Shown piece by piece: positions 38,715-51,359 of a stretch of 64,000 bases of DNA. The notes under the pieces were generated by a model. That model saw only the letters and a program-made list of their open reading frames with translations. It ran no database searches and was not told the origin of the DNA. Each line of letters starts with the position of its first letter. Position 1 is the first letter of the stretch. Origin of the DNA: Podospora anserina (taxonomy: Eukaryota); assembly GCA_017654855.1 (NCBI GenBank), contig CM030332.1, positions 3,844,001 through 3,908,000 on the forward strand, written 5' to 3'. Both the position numbers and the translations under genes were made by a program.

Positions 38715-41451
38715 ATGCTTCTTGTACCGAGAGAGGTTAGTCAGTCAGTCACACACACCATGCCCAGCCAGTCCCTCACACCCAACCCATTTGACATGCA
38801 GCCGTGGTGTTCATCCCATCTTCTTCTTCTCACCAACTGAAACTGACAAAAACGAAAGCTCGACAAGCTCACAATCTCCCACCTCGGCTTCCTCGCCCAG
38901 CGGCGTCTCGCCCGCGGCTTGAAGCTGAACCACTCTGAGGCTGTAGCGCTCATCTCGTCCAACATCCAGGAGCTGATCCGCGACGGGAACCATGTCGTCT
39001 CTGACCTCATGTCCCTCGGGTCGACGATGCTAGGTCGACGGCACGTCCTGCCGAGTGTGCTGTCGACGCTGCATGAGATACAGATCGAGGGGACGTTTCC
39101 TAGCGGTACTTACCTCGTCACGGTGCACAACCCCATCTCCTCTGATGATGGTAACCTCGACAGGGCGTTGTATGGGAGTTTTCTGCCTGTGCCGAGCAAT
39201 GATGCGTTTCCGGCGCCACCGGCAGAGGAATATGCGCCTGAAGCCCAGCCCGGAGCGGTGGTTTGCGTCAAGGATGCCGTGGTGAGGCTGAATGAAGGGA
39301 GGAGGAGGATCAAGCTCCAGGTGACGAGCAAGGGGGATAGGCCGGTGCAGGTCGGGTCTCATTATCACTTTGTGGAAGTCAACCCCGAGTTGGAATTTGA
39401 TCGGATTGCGGCGGTAGGGTACAGGTTGGATATCGCTGCCGGGACGTCTGTTCGGTTTGAGCCGGGGGACAAAAAGACTGTCACGCTGGTTGAGATTGGG
39501 GGGCATAAGGTTATTAGAGGGGGGAACAGAATCGCGAACGGGGTGGTGGAGGAGACGAGGAAGAATCCTGACGAGATTGTCAAACGGCTGTTGGATATGG
39601 GCTTTGCTCACACGCCGCAGAAGGATATTGTTGAGTTTATGGAGGGGTTTACGATGGATAGGCGGGCGTATAATACCATGTTTGGGCCGACAACCGGAGA
39701 TCTTGTGAGGCTGGGGGCGACGGATCTGTGGATCAAGGTTGAGAGGGATTATACGGTTTATGGGGAGGAGTGTAAGTTTGGTGGTGGCAAGACGCTTCGT
39801 GAGGGGATGGGGCAGGCGACCGGGCGGTCGGATAGGGATACGCTTGATCTGGTGGTGACGAATGCATTGGTTGTGGACTGGACGGGGATTTACAAGGCGG
39901 ACATTGGGGTTAAGGAGGGGTTTATTGTCGGGATTGGCAAGGCAGGGAATCCGGATGTGATGGATGGGGTGACGGAGGGGATGGTGGTGGGGAGCTGTAC
40001 GGATGTTATTGCTGGTGAGGGCAAGATTATCACTGCGGGTGGGATTGATACGCATATTCACTTCATCTGCCCTCAACAGGCGGAGGAAGCTCTGGCCTCT
40101 GGAGTCACTACTTTCCTTGGTGGTGGTACAGGTCCCAGGTAAGCAGCCTTTCCCCCTCCCTCCCCCTTTTTTTTTTCTTTTTTTTTTTTTCGTTAACCCC
40201 CTATCCCACCACATCACTAACCCAGCCCCCTTTTCCAGCGCCGGCACCAACGCAACAACCTGCACCCCCGGCGCGCACTACATGAAACAAATGCTCCAGG
40301 CAACCGACTCCCTCCCCATCAACATCGGCATCACAGGCAAAGGCAACGACTCGGACCCCCTCGCAATCAGAGAACAAATCGCCGCCGGCGCCTGCGGCCT
40401 CAAACTCCACGAAGACTGGGGGACCACCCCGGCCGCCATCGACACTTGTCTTTCCGTCTGCGACGAAATGGACGTCCAGTGCATGATCCACACCGACACC
40501 CTCAACGAAGCCGGCTTCGTCGAAACCGCCGTCGCCGCCTTTGCCAACCGCACAATCCACACCTACCACACCGAAGGCGCCGGCGGGGGCCACGCCCCAG
40601 ACATCATCTCTGTGGTCGAACACCCCAACGTGCTACCCTCCTCCACGAACCCAACCCGCCCCTTCACCCTCAACACCCTGGACGAACACCTCGACATGTT
40701 GATGGTCTGCCACCACCTAAGCAAAAACATCCCCGAAGACGTCGCGTTTGCCGAGTCCCGCATCAGAGCCGAGACCATCGCCGCAGAGGATGTCCTTCAC
40801 GACCTCGGCGCGATCAGCATGATGTCCTCCGACTCCCAAGCCATGGGCCGTTGCGGGGAGGTCATTCTCAGAACGTGGAACACCGCCCACAAGAATAAAC
40901 TCCAACGCGGCCCGTTGCCCGAAGATGCCCCCACCGGCTGCGACAATGTCAGGGTTAAACGATATGTGTCAAAGTATACCATCAACCCCGCCATCGCCCA
41001 AGGCTTCTCCCACCTGATCGGGAGCATCGAAGTCGGCAAACTAGCCGATTTTGTCGTCTGGGATCCGGCCTGGTTTGGGACGAAGCCGAGCTTGGTGGTG
41101 AAATCGGGCTTGATTGCGGTGGCCATGATGGGGGATCCGAATGCCAGCATACCGACCATTCAGCCGGTGGTTGCGAGGCAGATGTTTGCTAGGGATTTGC
41201 CCGGTGCGAGTGTGGTTTTTGTGAGCAAGGAGAGTGTTGAGAACGGGAATATAAAGAGTTATGGGCTGAGGAAGAGGGTGAGCGCGGTGAGGGGGTGTAG
41301 GGGGATTGGGAAGAGGGATATGAAGTGGAATGATAAGATGCCGAGGATGAGGGTTGATCCGGAGAGGTATGTGGTTGAGGCGGACGGGAAGAGGTGTGAG
41401 GCGGAGCCGAGTGAGAAACTGCCGTTGACGCAGGGGTATTTTGTTTATTAA
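38715..41451 (+). CDS. URE1: Urease (fused gamma-beta-alpha chain); exons 38715-38735, 38859-40138, 40239-41451
   Basis: [67 protein letters not shown]. Confidence 0.97.
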
Positions 41452-42654
41452 GATCGGGGGTATAAGGGTTGGTTCTTTTTTTTCTTTTTTTTTTTGCTTG
41501 TGTATGATATGGTAGTTAACGTAAGGCAAGCGGGATCTCTACACATTTGAATTTGAAACTATAGCTTGAGACTGGATGAGGGTGGTGAAAAATTGCTCTG
41601 TGAACATGACAAGAAGGAGCCTGTCAGTTTTGATGGCGCATAGGTCTTCAGCAAGGCCTCATGGTGCTTGGAAAAGGGGCTGGTCAGTTAGCAAAACTCG
41701 ACCCCTATTCCTCGTTAAACAGTGTCGTTTAAAAACAGGGTATGTGCTGGGCCCTGGAATAGGGCTTTCGAGGTCCCGTTGTGGGGAGGGAGGAGTGCTC
41801 CAAGTCGGGGCGTTAGTTGGGACCCTCCCGCCTGTGCTTTGACCTCGACTTCGGACCCAACACTTCTGTAGGGTTCTGAAAGCGTATAAGTGGTAGCTTG
41901 AGAAAGCCAGAGCACTCACAATCAAGAAGCAGTTGTTCTACAAAGGCTGAGAGCTATCAGCAGAGAAGATGGTCCAATATATAGCCCCCATAATCCTCCT
42001 GGTGGCACTATGCTTGGAACACAAGGCTGGCGGCTCTCAAGATGATAGGTTCTAGAAACCATCCAGAAAAAACAACCCTTGATAAGAGATCCGAATAGTC
42101 AACAGAAACACCCACCCGGTGCAGACTTCATCACCTGGTCTCTATCACAACATGTCACACAACGTAACACAAGTGTACTTATTGAAGTTTCATTTCACAA
42201 AGCCCCCGAGCTCACTCGATGCCTACATGCAGAACGGCGACGCACTCACTGACCCAGGCCCCAAGACGACTACATACATCCGACAAGGCTCCATACAAAA
42301 GCCATTCCTGCGTCTTTTCCCCTTCCTCCGCTCCCACCTGAATAGCAAAGCAAAACGAGAACTGACCCGCCAATATTCCCCAGTTCATACCCATACAAAT
42401 AATACAAAAACGCGCGACCGCCTGCTTCAACTGTTGCGGCAAAAAGCGATCAGAGATGGAGAAAAATATCATGCCCGCGTTGTTCAAAACCCAGCTGCCT
42501 TTGCTCCCAAAGCATAAAGAAAAGATGCCGCCCCAGTCAGTGCAAAGAGGCAACGCAAGAGAGGCGCCAGAGGTATCATCAAGATTGGAAACGAACCGAC
42601 CCAAACCAGACCCAGAGTATAACGCGCAAAAGAGAGACAAGGAGACGAGCACAA

Positions 42655-43841
42655 TCAGTTCTTGGTCTTCTTACGAGCAGACTTCTTGGGCTCCTCCACA
42701 ATCTCGGCCGCCTTGGACGTTCTCTTCCTCTTCTTGGCCTCCGGGCTCGCCGGAGTGGCGGCGGGCTCTGGCTTGGGAGGCTCGGGGACAGCGGGAGTGG
42801 CAGCCGTGCTCTTCCGCTTGCGGGTCACGGCCTTCTTGTTGGGGGTTTTGGCTGGCGGCGCGGGCTCCTCCTCGGAGACCTCGGCGGGAGGGGACTCGAC
42901 AGCGGCCGTCTGGTGAAGCTGCTCGGCGATGGCATCCTGCTCATCGGCGGGGAACTCCTCCACCTGGGCGAGGTTGGAAACGTCAATGTTGTAGAGCTCA
43001 GCATAGGCACGAGCCTCATCATCCGACATGTTCTTGGCGTCCATGTTGCCGGCCTTGTAGGAGTGGACGCGAGCCTGGTAGAGGCGGAGGTTGTACTTGT
43101 AAGCCGTGTTCCAGCCCGCCTTCTCACCAGGGGCCATGACAGCCCAGCGACGCTGGCCCTCTTCCTGGACAGCACCCTTGGGAGCTCCCTCACCAAGGTC
43201 GCTCGCAATGATGGGACGAGCAGTCTGCATGTAGAGGAAGTAGGGGGTCAGGGGACGCTTGGGGGCGTTGGGGTCATGAGTGCGCTTCTTGCGCTCCTTC
43301 TTCTCCTCAACGACGGGCATGGGGGCAGCAAGGGCAGCGGGCATCAGGCCGCCGAGAGCGCCGTTGAGATGGTCAAGAGTCTCCTGTCCATTCTCGAGGC
43401 TGGTACCCTCGCCAATGAGAAGGTTCGTCTGACGCAAATAATCGGCAGAAAAACTCCTAATCAAATCCTGGATAGTTTGCAGACGGTTGTACACCTTAGA
43501 GGACGGTCAGCAAGTGTGAAGGTGTCTGGGTGGCCATAGCTTATCGGGGTTGCGGTTGCCAGAACCAAGCAGGTACAAGTAAACAAAAGGAGTGGGTGGG
43601 TTGTGCCTTGCACCTAGCCCAGCTCGAGGCAAGAGGTGGCGGGGGTGGGTGGAAGTGGAAGTGCAAAGCCAATGCTTACAGAGTCTCTGACGCGAATAAA
43701 CTGCGCGACATCGATGACGGGAGGGCCACCGGGGATCTGGGCAACAGGGAGTTGTTGTTGCTGGATGGGGTTGATGATGGCTGGCGCGACTGGCGCAGGC
43801 GAGGGGGCGACCTCAGCGACCTTCTTGGGTGGGCGCGGCAT
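42655..43841 (-). CDS. HMG-box non-histone chromatin protein (Hmo1-like); intron ~43495-43678
   Basis: Starts MPRPPKK. HMG box KKRTHDPNAPKRPLTPYFLYM and a Lys-rich tail. Confidence 0.88.
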
Positions 43842-46778
43842 GTTTGCGGCTTTTTGGGTTTTGGGGTCTGTTAAGAATGACTTTGTTGTTGTTGTTGTTG
43901 TTGCTGTTGCTGTTGCTGTTGCTGTTGTAAGATAATAGCGGGATGGCGGCGCTGTTGCTGCGAATGCGACGGCGCGATGGTGGATTGCGCTGTGGTTTGG
44001 GGAGGGCAAAGCGCTGAGCGGAGGTGCTGGAAAATGAAGGGAGAGATCAAGAGGAAATTTTTGGGCGGGAGGTTGGGGGGAGTGGCGGGGTCCCCAAAAT
44101 ATACGCCGAGCCACTGGGGGAAGAGCCAGCGCTGATTTACCTGCTGAAAATTGGCGGGTCGTGAAAAAAATTGTGCGCTGCCTGGGGGTGGAAGGGGGGG
44201 CTGCCCGATTTTGGGCGAAATCAGTCACGGCACCAGGGCACCCCGCTCCGGGGAAGCTTCAGCGTCCTGCCCGCAAGGCTCCAAACAACAACACGCCTGT
44301 CGACACATTTCAGGTCCGCCTACTACCAACCGCTACCTATTCCTGACTATCCCACTACAAATAGACAACACCGTACATCCCGTCCTTCATTAGGTACTCC
44401 GTCTCTTGCAGCCTTTTTTTTCTGCACCTTCTATCAGCCCCCCCCCCCAAAAGCGCAAAGCTCCGCAGTCGCACCTGCCCAGCCAGCTCCAGAGCCTCGT
44501 GTACAGCGAACCCGGGCACCTCAGTTTGGTGCAACAACATGTTACCTAACCCGACGCGCCAACAAACCCCACTGGGGCCTGCAGTCAAACCTCTCCACCA
44601 CAACATCCTCGCAGTCACTGATTTCTGGTCGCTGCTGTTCTTCTCTATGATGGCGCTGGACTGACGACCAATATTTTTATTTGCTGTCGTGGAGGTGTGC
44701 CATTGATCATGGCTGATATCGACAAGGCTGGTTTTCGCAAATCGATTCGCCATGTCTGCATGCTCGGTGCACCGCTGTAGGGGTCCAGCGAGCCGCCGGC
44801 GACTTGGGTCGCTGTTCTTCAGCTACGCGATGCAGCTATCTCGAAGGCCCTTTAGGTACTTCGGGGGCGCTCTTCCAGCGTTTGGCGGAAGATCGAGTGG
44901 TCTTACGCGAGGCCTTCCACTGTCCAATTGGGGCTCGCTGTTGTCTTTGAGACACCGCAGCGCTGTCCTCCCGTCCCCTCCCAAAGCGACAGGGGGTCTT
45001 CGTCAGCACCGCCCAAAAGCCGGGGTGATTTTTTTCTTTGCTGATTGATTTTGAAGCTGCTGTGGAGCGCCCCCCCCCCGGGTCTCTCTGATTTTCTCTG
45101 CCCAGGCCCGCCCAAGCTTCTCTTCTTCAGTTCTTCACAGCCTGAGGTGATCGCTTTCCCCCTCACTTCCCATTCTTCGAACCAGCTTCTGTCGCAACGG
45201 TTTGCTTCTCTTGGTTAGGGGCATTATACACCACTATTGCACCAGGAATTTGGGGAACCTTTTATTTCTCTGCTATAGCCTTCCGCCACTGGCATGGCAC
45301 AGAGTCTCTGGAGAGGAGCATACAGCAGCTTAGGCCGGCGCAGTCTGTCAGCTCTTCATCTCAGCCTATAGCCTCGCACTTTGCTTCCTGCTCTGAAATG
45401 ATATATGATTTTCTAAGTTCTTTCCATGCCAGCATCAATCTTCGTCAAAGGAAGGCGTACCTAGAGCACTACACTGACGCGCTATCCAAAAGCACTATTT
45501 TATGTAAATTATGCAACATGTCCTCGAAATACAAATTGAAGACTACGGGACTTGACTTGATACCGTTAACGAAGCCCAACCCGTTGGAAACGCATTGTCG
45601 GGGCAAGACGACCCAAGCCGACCCAGGACAGGCGAGCTCGTTGCGCGACAGTTGGATCATATCGATCGAACAAGACGCCGAGTTGCAGCTGGCAGCGACA
45701 TCACTGTTGCCCTGCCGCACCTCGCTCGCCGGCGGTGTGCTCGTCACATTCATTCATTCACGCTTTTCTGCTTCTGAACTTCTTCTCGAGGTCTAGACGT
45801 TCTGAATTTTTCATAGCGCGGGAATGCTGAGACGGGCATAGGCGGCGCGGACGGCCGGATGGCCAGCCCCGCCTGAACTTCCGCCGCTTTCTCGTCGACA
45901 TCCACAGCACCAACGCGCCAGCCACACCCCGCTGATGCCATTGCGCGTTTGATTCCGACTCAGTCTAGGTACTGAACAGCGCTCTCTTTCGTGTCAGTCT
46001 CGAGCATAGTGTAGATGAACAAAAGAAGCTATCTCCAGAGTGTCGTGTCCCGGGTCCCAAAGCAAGATCTTGGCTTCGGTTGGGCTCAAGCGCCCAGTCT
46101 GTGATGGGTACGAGGGTACCAACCCGATGACGATGACGCTGCTACCGTTTACCTCTCCGTGAGCTATCGACCCCACCCCGCTTGCCAGAGGGCAACCCCG
46201 CTCCGCCAGTCAACCCCTCCCTGTGCCCCGCGAACGACGCAAGCTGAATGGTTGGCTTGGCAGTGTTTCCGATTGCCTGAAACTCGGGTTTTTGGCTGTG
46301 ATATGGCATGGCCGATGCAATGGTGTGAGCCGCGCTGATGTTCAAGCAGCCCGAAGCAGGATATGAGCTCCTGCTTTGTTTCCAAGTTGATAATGGAGGG
46401 TGATGCTCAAGTTTATATTTAGGGAATTGGTATCCTCATTCTCGTCCCCCTCTCTCTCCCTCTCCCTCTCTCTCTCTCTCTCTCATGCTGACCCTCTTTC
46501 TTGCCACACCTCCAACAAATAGAGCTTATCCATCCCATCTCCAAAGCCCGAACCCACCGAGCTGAGCTCACCGGCAAACAGGGGTTTTTGTTTTCCTGTC
46601 TTGCTCTCTGCGAGCTTCTGCCCCGCACTTGGTTCCCTCTTCTTCCAAGACTTTTGAAATATCTCGCCCATTGATACCCTCTACCTAAAACTCATCTTAC
46701 ACCCAACTACCGTTGTTATTTTCTGCCACTTTAAACTACTACAAAGCATCATAGCGATAAAGCAATTCATATTCAGCC

Positions 46779-49316
46779 ATGGCTTACTCAAGGGAGTACC
46801 CGACCATCTTGCTCGGGGTCATCCTCCTGTTTTGGTTTGTGAAGCCCACCCTCGCCTTCGGCGCTGGTAACATTGCCGGGATTTCTAGCATCGAGGGCCA
46901 GAACTGTGAGTTGATTCCTCCTACCATTTACGGCACATCACCAGGCTGATCGGGCGCTTTGTCACAATCACAGGGCGCCACGGTGACATCGAAGATGCCC
47001 TCCTCAAAGTCATGATGGCCCGCGCCGTCGGCGGCAAGAGATTCGACAAGCTGATGGTCTCCCGCGTCTACTTTGGCAACTGGCTCCGCGACTACTCCCA
47101 AGCCATCGACGTCGGCACCGTCAAGAGCGTCTCTGCCGAGGCCATCAGGCTCCTTCTCTGCGTGCTCGGATTCATTACTTTCGGCTACGGCAGCAAGGAG
47201 TTCGAGGTGACGGCCGACCGTCTGGGGTGCTACCGTCCCGAGGACCACATCGACAACCCAAAGGACTATGCCGAGAACGAGGACGCCAGGCAGTACCACC
47301 GCGCTCTTCGCGGCCCGGTCAACGAGGAGGTCGAGCTGGCGATCGACCCCGAGACGGGCATGAAGAATTACATTGCTAATGAGAACATCGGGATCATGAC
47401 GTCGGCTGCGCACTGCAGGAAGCTGTTCACGGATGCGATTGAGCTTGGGAGGAGGTATGGGAGGAGTGGGAACAAGGATGATTTGTATGAGTGCCTGAGG
47501 TTGATCGGAACTGGGTTGCACTGTCTCGAGGGCATGTTTCTCTCATCGTTACATCTTACAGGACAAGGTTCGAAACTAACATGAATGCAGATTACTTCGC
47601 CCACAGCAACTACATCGAACTCGCCCTCATCGAAATGGGCGAGCAAGACATCTTCCCCCACGTGGGCCGCAACACAAAGATCTCCCTCGAGGGCGCCAAC
47701 GACGAAGTCTACCCCATCGTCACCGGCACCTTTGGCGGCGTCGACTTCTTGCACTCGGTCACGGGCGAGGTCTCGGACAAGCTCATCCAGAGTGAAATCC
47801 AAGACCTGGAGAACACGCTCGAGCAGTCCAAAAACTCGGACCTGTCCTACCTCCGCGAGCTCCTCGACAAGATCCCCGACGGGCTCATCGGCGGCGACAA
47901 GAAGAACAAGGTCAACGAGATCCAGGACAATGCCAACGCCGCCCAGATGGAGCAGACGAGCATCTCGCCCAAGGAGACGGAGGAGTTTACCCGCCAGGTC
48001 CAGGACATCTTCCGGCAGATCATGCCCGCGATCGAGTATCACGACGACTTGCTCAAGAGCATCTCGGAGGCGGTGTCTAGGATTCCGATTCTCCCCAAGA
48101 TTATCGAGCAGCTCGAGGAGCAGCTCTCGTTGTTTGTGTTTCAGGTCATCGCCCCGTTTGTGATTCCGGTTATCGAGCAGATCAAGAACGAGCTCGCGAC
48201 GGGCGCGACGGAGATTATCGAGTCGAGCAAGAACGAGCAGCACATTGTTTTCGAGGACGATGACGCTTCTGATCCTACGCACTCGATGCTGTCGAAGGAT
48301 CATTTTACGAACATTCTCAACGAGGTTGCTGGGCGGGCGGCGTCGAAGGTTGTTTCCTGGTCTGTGCCGCAGCTCATGGAGGCTATCGATGACGAGGGGG
48401 TGGATGTCGATCGGGTTCTCAACAAGATTATCTATGGTGTGCTCCACCACCCTGCGCAGCGGAACACGGGGCCTGACGGGGCTGATGAGGGCCGGAGGCT
48501 GATTTATGGGATTGTGGAGGAGTGGTGGAATGATATGGGGCGGGGTCAGCAGGAGGATTATAGGCGGAAGCTGAGCAGGGAGGGGGTGGAGAATGGGGAG
48601 AATCATAGGGAGGGGGAGAAGGATTGCGGGCATGGGTGTGGGGGGGCGGGTTGAAGGTGAAGAAGAATTATGCTAATGCTGCGCCGGAGACGATGGAGGA
48701 TCGGATTGCCGAGGCGGCGGCCGGGCATATCGTTGCGGGGGTGAAGCAGAGCTTTAAGCAGGCGGCCGAGAATGCGGGGACTGGGGAGGGGGGTGGAGGG
48801 TTGGGGGGTTTCTTGAGTAGTGTGGCGGGCAATATTTTTAACTCTGCTAGGCAGGAGAGGGAGAGGGAGAGGAGTGAGCAGCAGGAGGAGACGCCTAGCT
48901 ATGGGGGTGGTGGGTATAGGAGACAGGAGGAGGAGGAGACGCCTAGCTACGGCGGCGGCGGTGGTTATGGTGAGGCTGCCAGCTACGGCCGTCGTGAGGA
49001 GGAAAGCTCCGGTTATGGCGGTGGCTACGGCCGTCGTGAGGAGGAGAGCTCTGGATACGGCGGTAGCTACGGTCGTCGTGAGGAGGAGAGCTCTGGATAC
49101 GGCGGTGGCTATGGTCGTCGTGAGGAGGAGAGTTCAGGTTATGGCGGCGGCTATGGCCGTCGTGAAGAGGAAAGCTCTGGTGGCTATGGCGGTGGCGAAG
49201 CTGCTAGCTACGGTCGTGGTGACTATGGCGGCTACGGTGAATCTAACACCTACAGTGGTTACGGTCGCCGGAGAGATGACGACGAGGAGGAGGATGAGGG
49301 ACGTCGCCGGTGGTAA
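46779..49316 (+). CDS. Het-C domain protein (TinC/het-c paralogue) with Gly/Tyr-rich tail; exons 46779-46905, 46974-47531, 47591-49316; apparent frameshift at 48640-48646
   Basis: Signal peptide, then FGAGNIAGISSIEGQNWRHGDIED, VYFGNWLRDYSQAIDVG, HCLEDYFAHSN, DPTHSMLSKDHF, DCGHGC. The tail is in another frame. Confidence 0.9.
48984..49196 (+). repeat. Coding 42-bp tandem repeat x5 (YGRREEESSGYGG[G/S])
   Basis: Units start at 48984, 49026, 49068, 49110 and 49152, and differ mostly at synonymous positions. Confidence 0.9.
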
Positions 49317-49536
49317 ACACTGGGCGGGTTTGTCTCGGGCATTCTTGGCTGACATGGTGGAATCAGAAGATGAGGCACTGGGTTTGTGATGGGTGAAATG
49401 GCTAGATGAGTTATATGATATCAAAAGACTTTTGCGTGTTGTATCCCGAACGCTGTGAGATGATTGCTGGCCGTGAATAATCATCTCCCCTTTTTAACCA
49501 CGGGCCTCTGCTTACCCTTCCCCGTCCTCTCAACAT

Positions 49537-50274
49537 TCAAGGAGTCCAAGTAGGAACCGTACTCGGCCCAGTAGGCGTCTGATCAATAACATCCCTCTGC
49601 CTCACACACTGGCTCTTGGCCGTAATCGCCGCCGGGCAGGCAACCTGTCTGAACCTCACATCAGGGTTATCCGCCCCCATAAACCAGTCGAACCTCCAAT
49701 TACACCCCGCCTTGAGCTTGTCCGGAAAACTCTCGCAAGCACTCTTGCTCCCCACACCGCCATACCTCTCCCCCCAACCATTAGGCGGCGCACCATACTG
49801 CTGGGTGCACGCATTAAAGATCCCGACACCACCCCCCGGCATGGCAATGTCAAAGTGGTTGTTTCCCAGGTCGCCGCCGGTGTTGGTGGCCTGGACGATC
49901 ATCTTCTTGCCCGAGACGGGGCCGGAGGTGAAGGTGAGCTCGTAGCAGGAGCAGCACCAGGAGGCCTCGTTGCTGCCGGCGATGTTGACGGCCGCCCAGC
50001 CGTAGGCGACGGTCTCGTTGACCGCCCACGGGGATTGGTTGCTGCACATGAAGGCTGACCCGCCCGAGTCGCACCCGGAGCGGGTGGACCCGCGGTCGTT
50101 GAGGGGGTTGTCGTTGCGGTCGCAGGTCAGGACGGGGGTGGAGGCGGTTGACTTGCCGGGCCAGGCGCAGGAGGGCTTGCAGCAGTCCCAGTAGCGGGTT
50201 GTTTTGCCTGCACCTTGGGCTCCCTGGGCGGAGGCGAAGCCGCCGAAGGCCAGGATTGTGAGGGCGAGTTGCAT
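49537..50274 (-). CDS. GH45 endoglucanase, secreted, no CBM1
   Basis: Signal [16 protein letters not shown], catalytic motifs [12 protein letters not shown] and [13 protein letters not shown]. Confidence 0.95.
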   Translation of the reverse strand: MQLALTILAFGGFASAQGAQGAGKTTRYWDCCKPSCAWPGKSTASTPVLTCDRNDNPLNDRGSTRSGCDSGGSAFMCSNQSPWAVNETVAYGWAAVNIAGSNEASWCCSCYELTFTSGPVSGKKMIVQATNTGGDLGNNHFDIAMPGGGVGIFNACTQQYGAPPNGWGERYGGVGSKSACESFPDKLKAGCNWRFDWFMGADNPDVRFRQVACPAAITAKSQCVRQRDVIDQTPTGPSTVPTWTP

Positions 50275-50931
50275 GACTGGGTTGCAGATAGGGGTAGACC
50301 GTTGCAAGTAAACAAAGCTGGAGGTGACAAGGCAACCACAGAAGAACAAGACAAAACACAGTTCCCAGGGAGGAGGCGAGAAAATATATACAACAAGATC
50401 AACACGGAGCCCAACCCCGGATCGTCACCTCTATATTGCCCTCCCCGCAAATATGCCATCAACAAATACAACAGTCGATCCCACCAATCGACCCCCATCC
50501 CCCTAGGTACTCATCTCCAGCATCACAGACACATTGTAAGGCTGCTCAATTGTCCCAGGTAATACCCGTCCATCCAAATTGCGTGATTACTTGTCCCGGG
50601 AATTTATTCCACCCCATCGTCCCTGGCCAATATGAGGCGTCCTATGACGGAGAAGAAGATAGACAACGGCAATGGCTTCCGAGATGGATATAGTACATAG
50701 ATGAACATGTCATGTCAGTTACATATTCCCCTGTTTCTGGAATTTCTGGTGGTAGGTACAGAGGCGTGAGAGATATGCGATCGGCGTGGCTCGGGGAGGC
50801 GGGTGGTATATTAACCGCTGCAAGCTTGCTTGGCCCCTTGTTGTATGGCCCCCGCACTGGCAGGGAGATAAATAGGGGTTCGTCATCGTTGTCGTAGCTG
50901 CAGGCTGACCCCCTTATGCAAGATCTAGATA

Positions 50932-51067
<136 letters not shown>

Positions 51068-51359
51068 AATGAGCTAGTTAGTTAGTTAAGATGAGCTGTT
51101 TGTTTCCAAGCTTTTTGGCTGTGAAATATCATGAGAGCCTTTTTACAGAATGAGGTGTTAGATAACAATTCATTTTTATTTATCATTCAACCAGGTGGTG
51201 GAGCTTCATCTTGCCATGCATCTCTGACGGAGTGGTGCTTTTGTCTGTCTGTCTGCTTTAAGCCAAAACAAAAAAAGTCAAAAACATTCTAACAAGTTCC
51301 AAAGTAGCAAAGTAAGCCAACTCGCTGTTGTTTCTTCACCCCAGTCATAACCCACCCCA

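Noticed and set aside
38715-41451. Urease gene cluster
   Set aside because: No accessory (UreD/F/G) or nickel transporter genes are adjacent.
44650-46400. pin-c-like HET gene or pseudogene beside the Het-C-like gene
   Set aside because: Only short ORFs, with no recognisable HET or other domain motif in the frames I read. A tBLASTn search would be needed.
50318-50854. SYGGRG CreA/CRE-1 sites upstream of GH45
   Set aside because: Plausible, but the degenerate hexamer is too frequent in GC-rich DNA to call.
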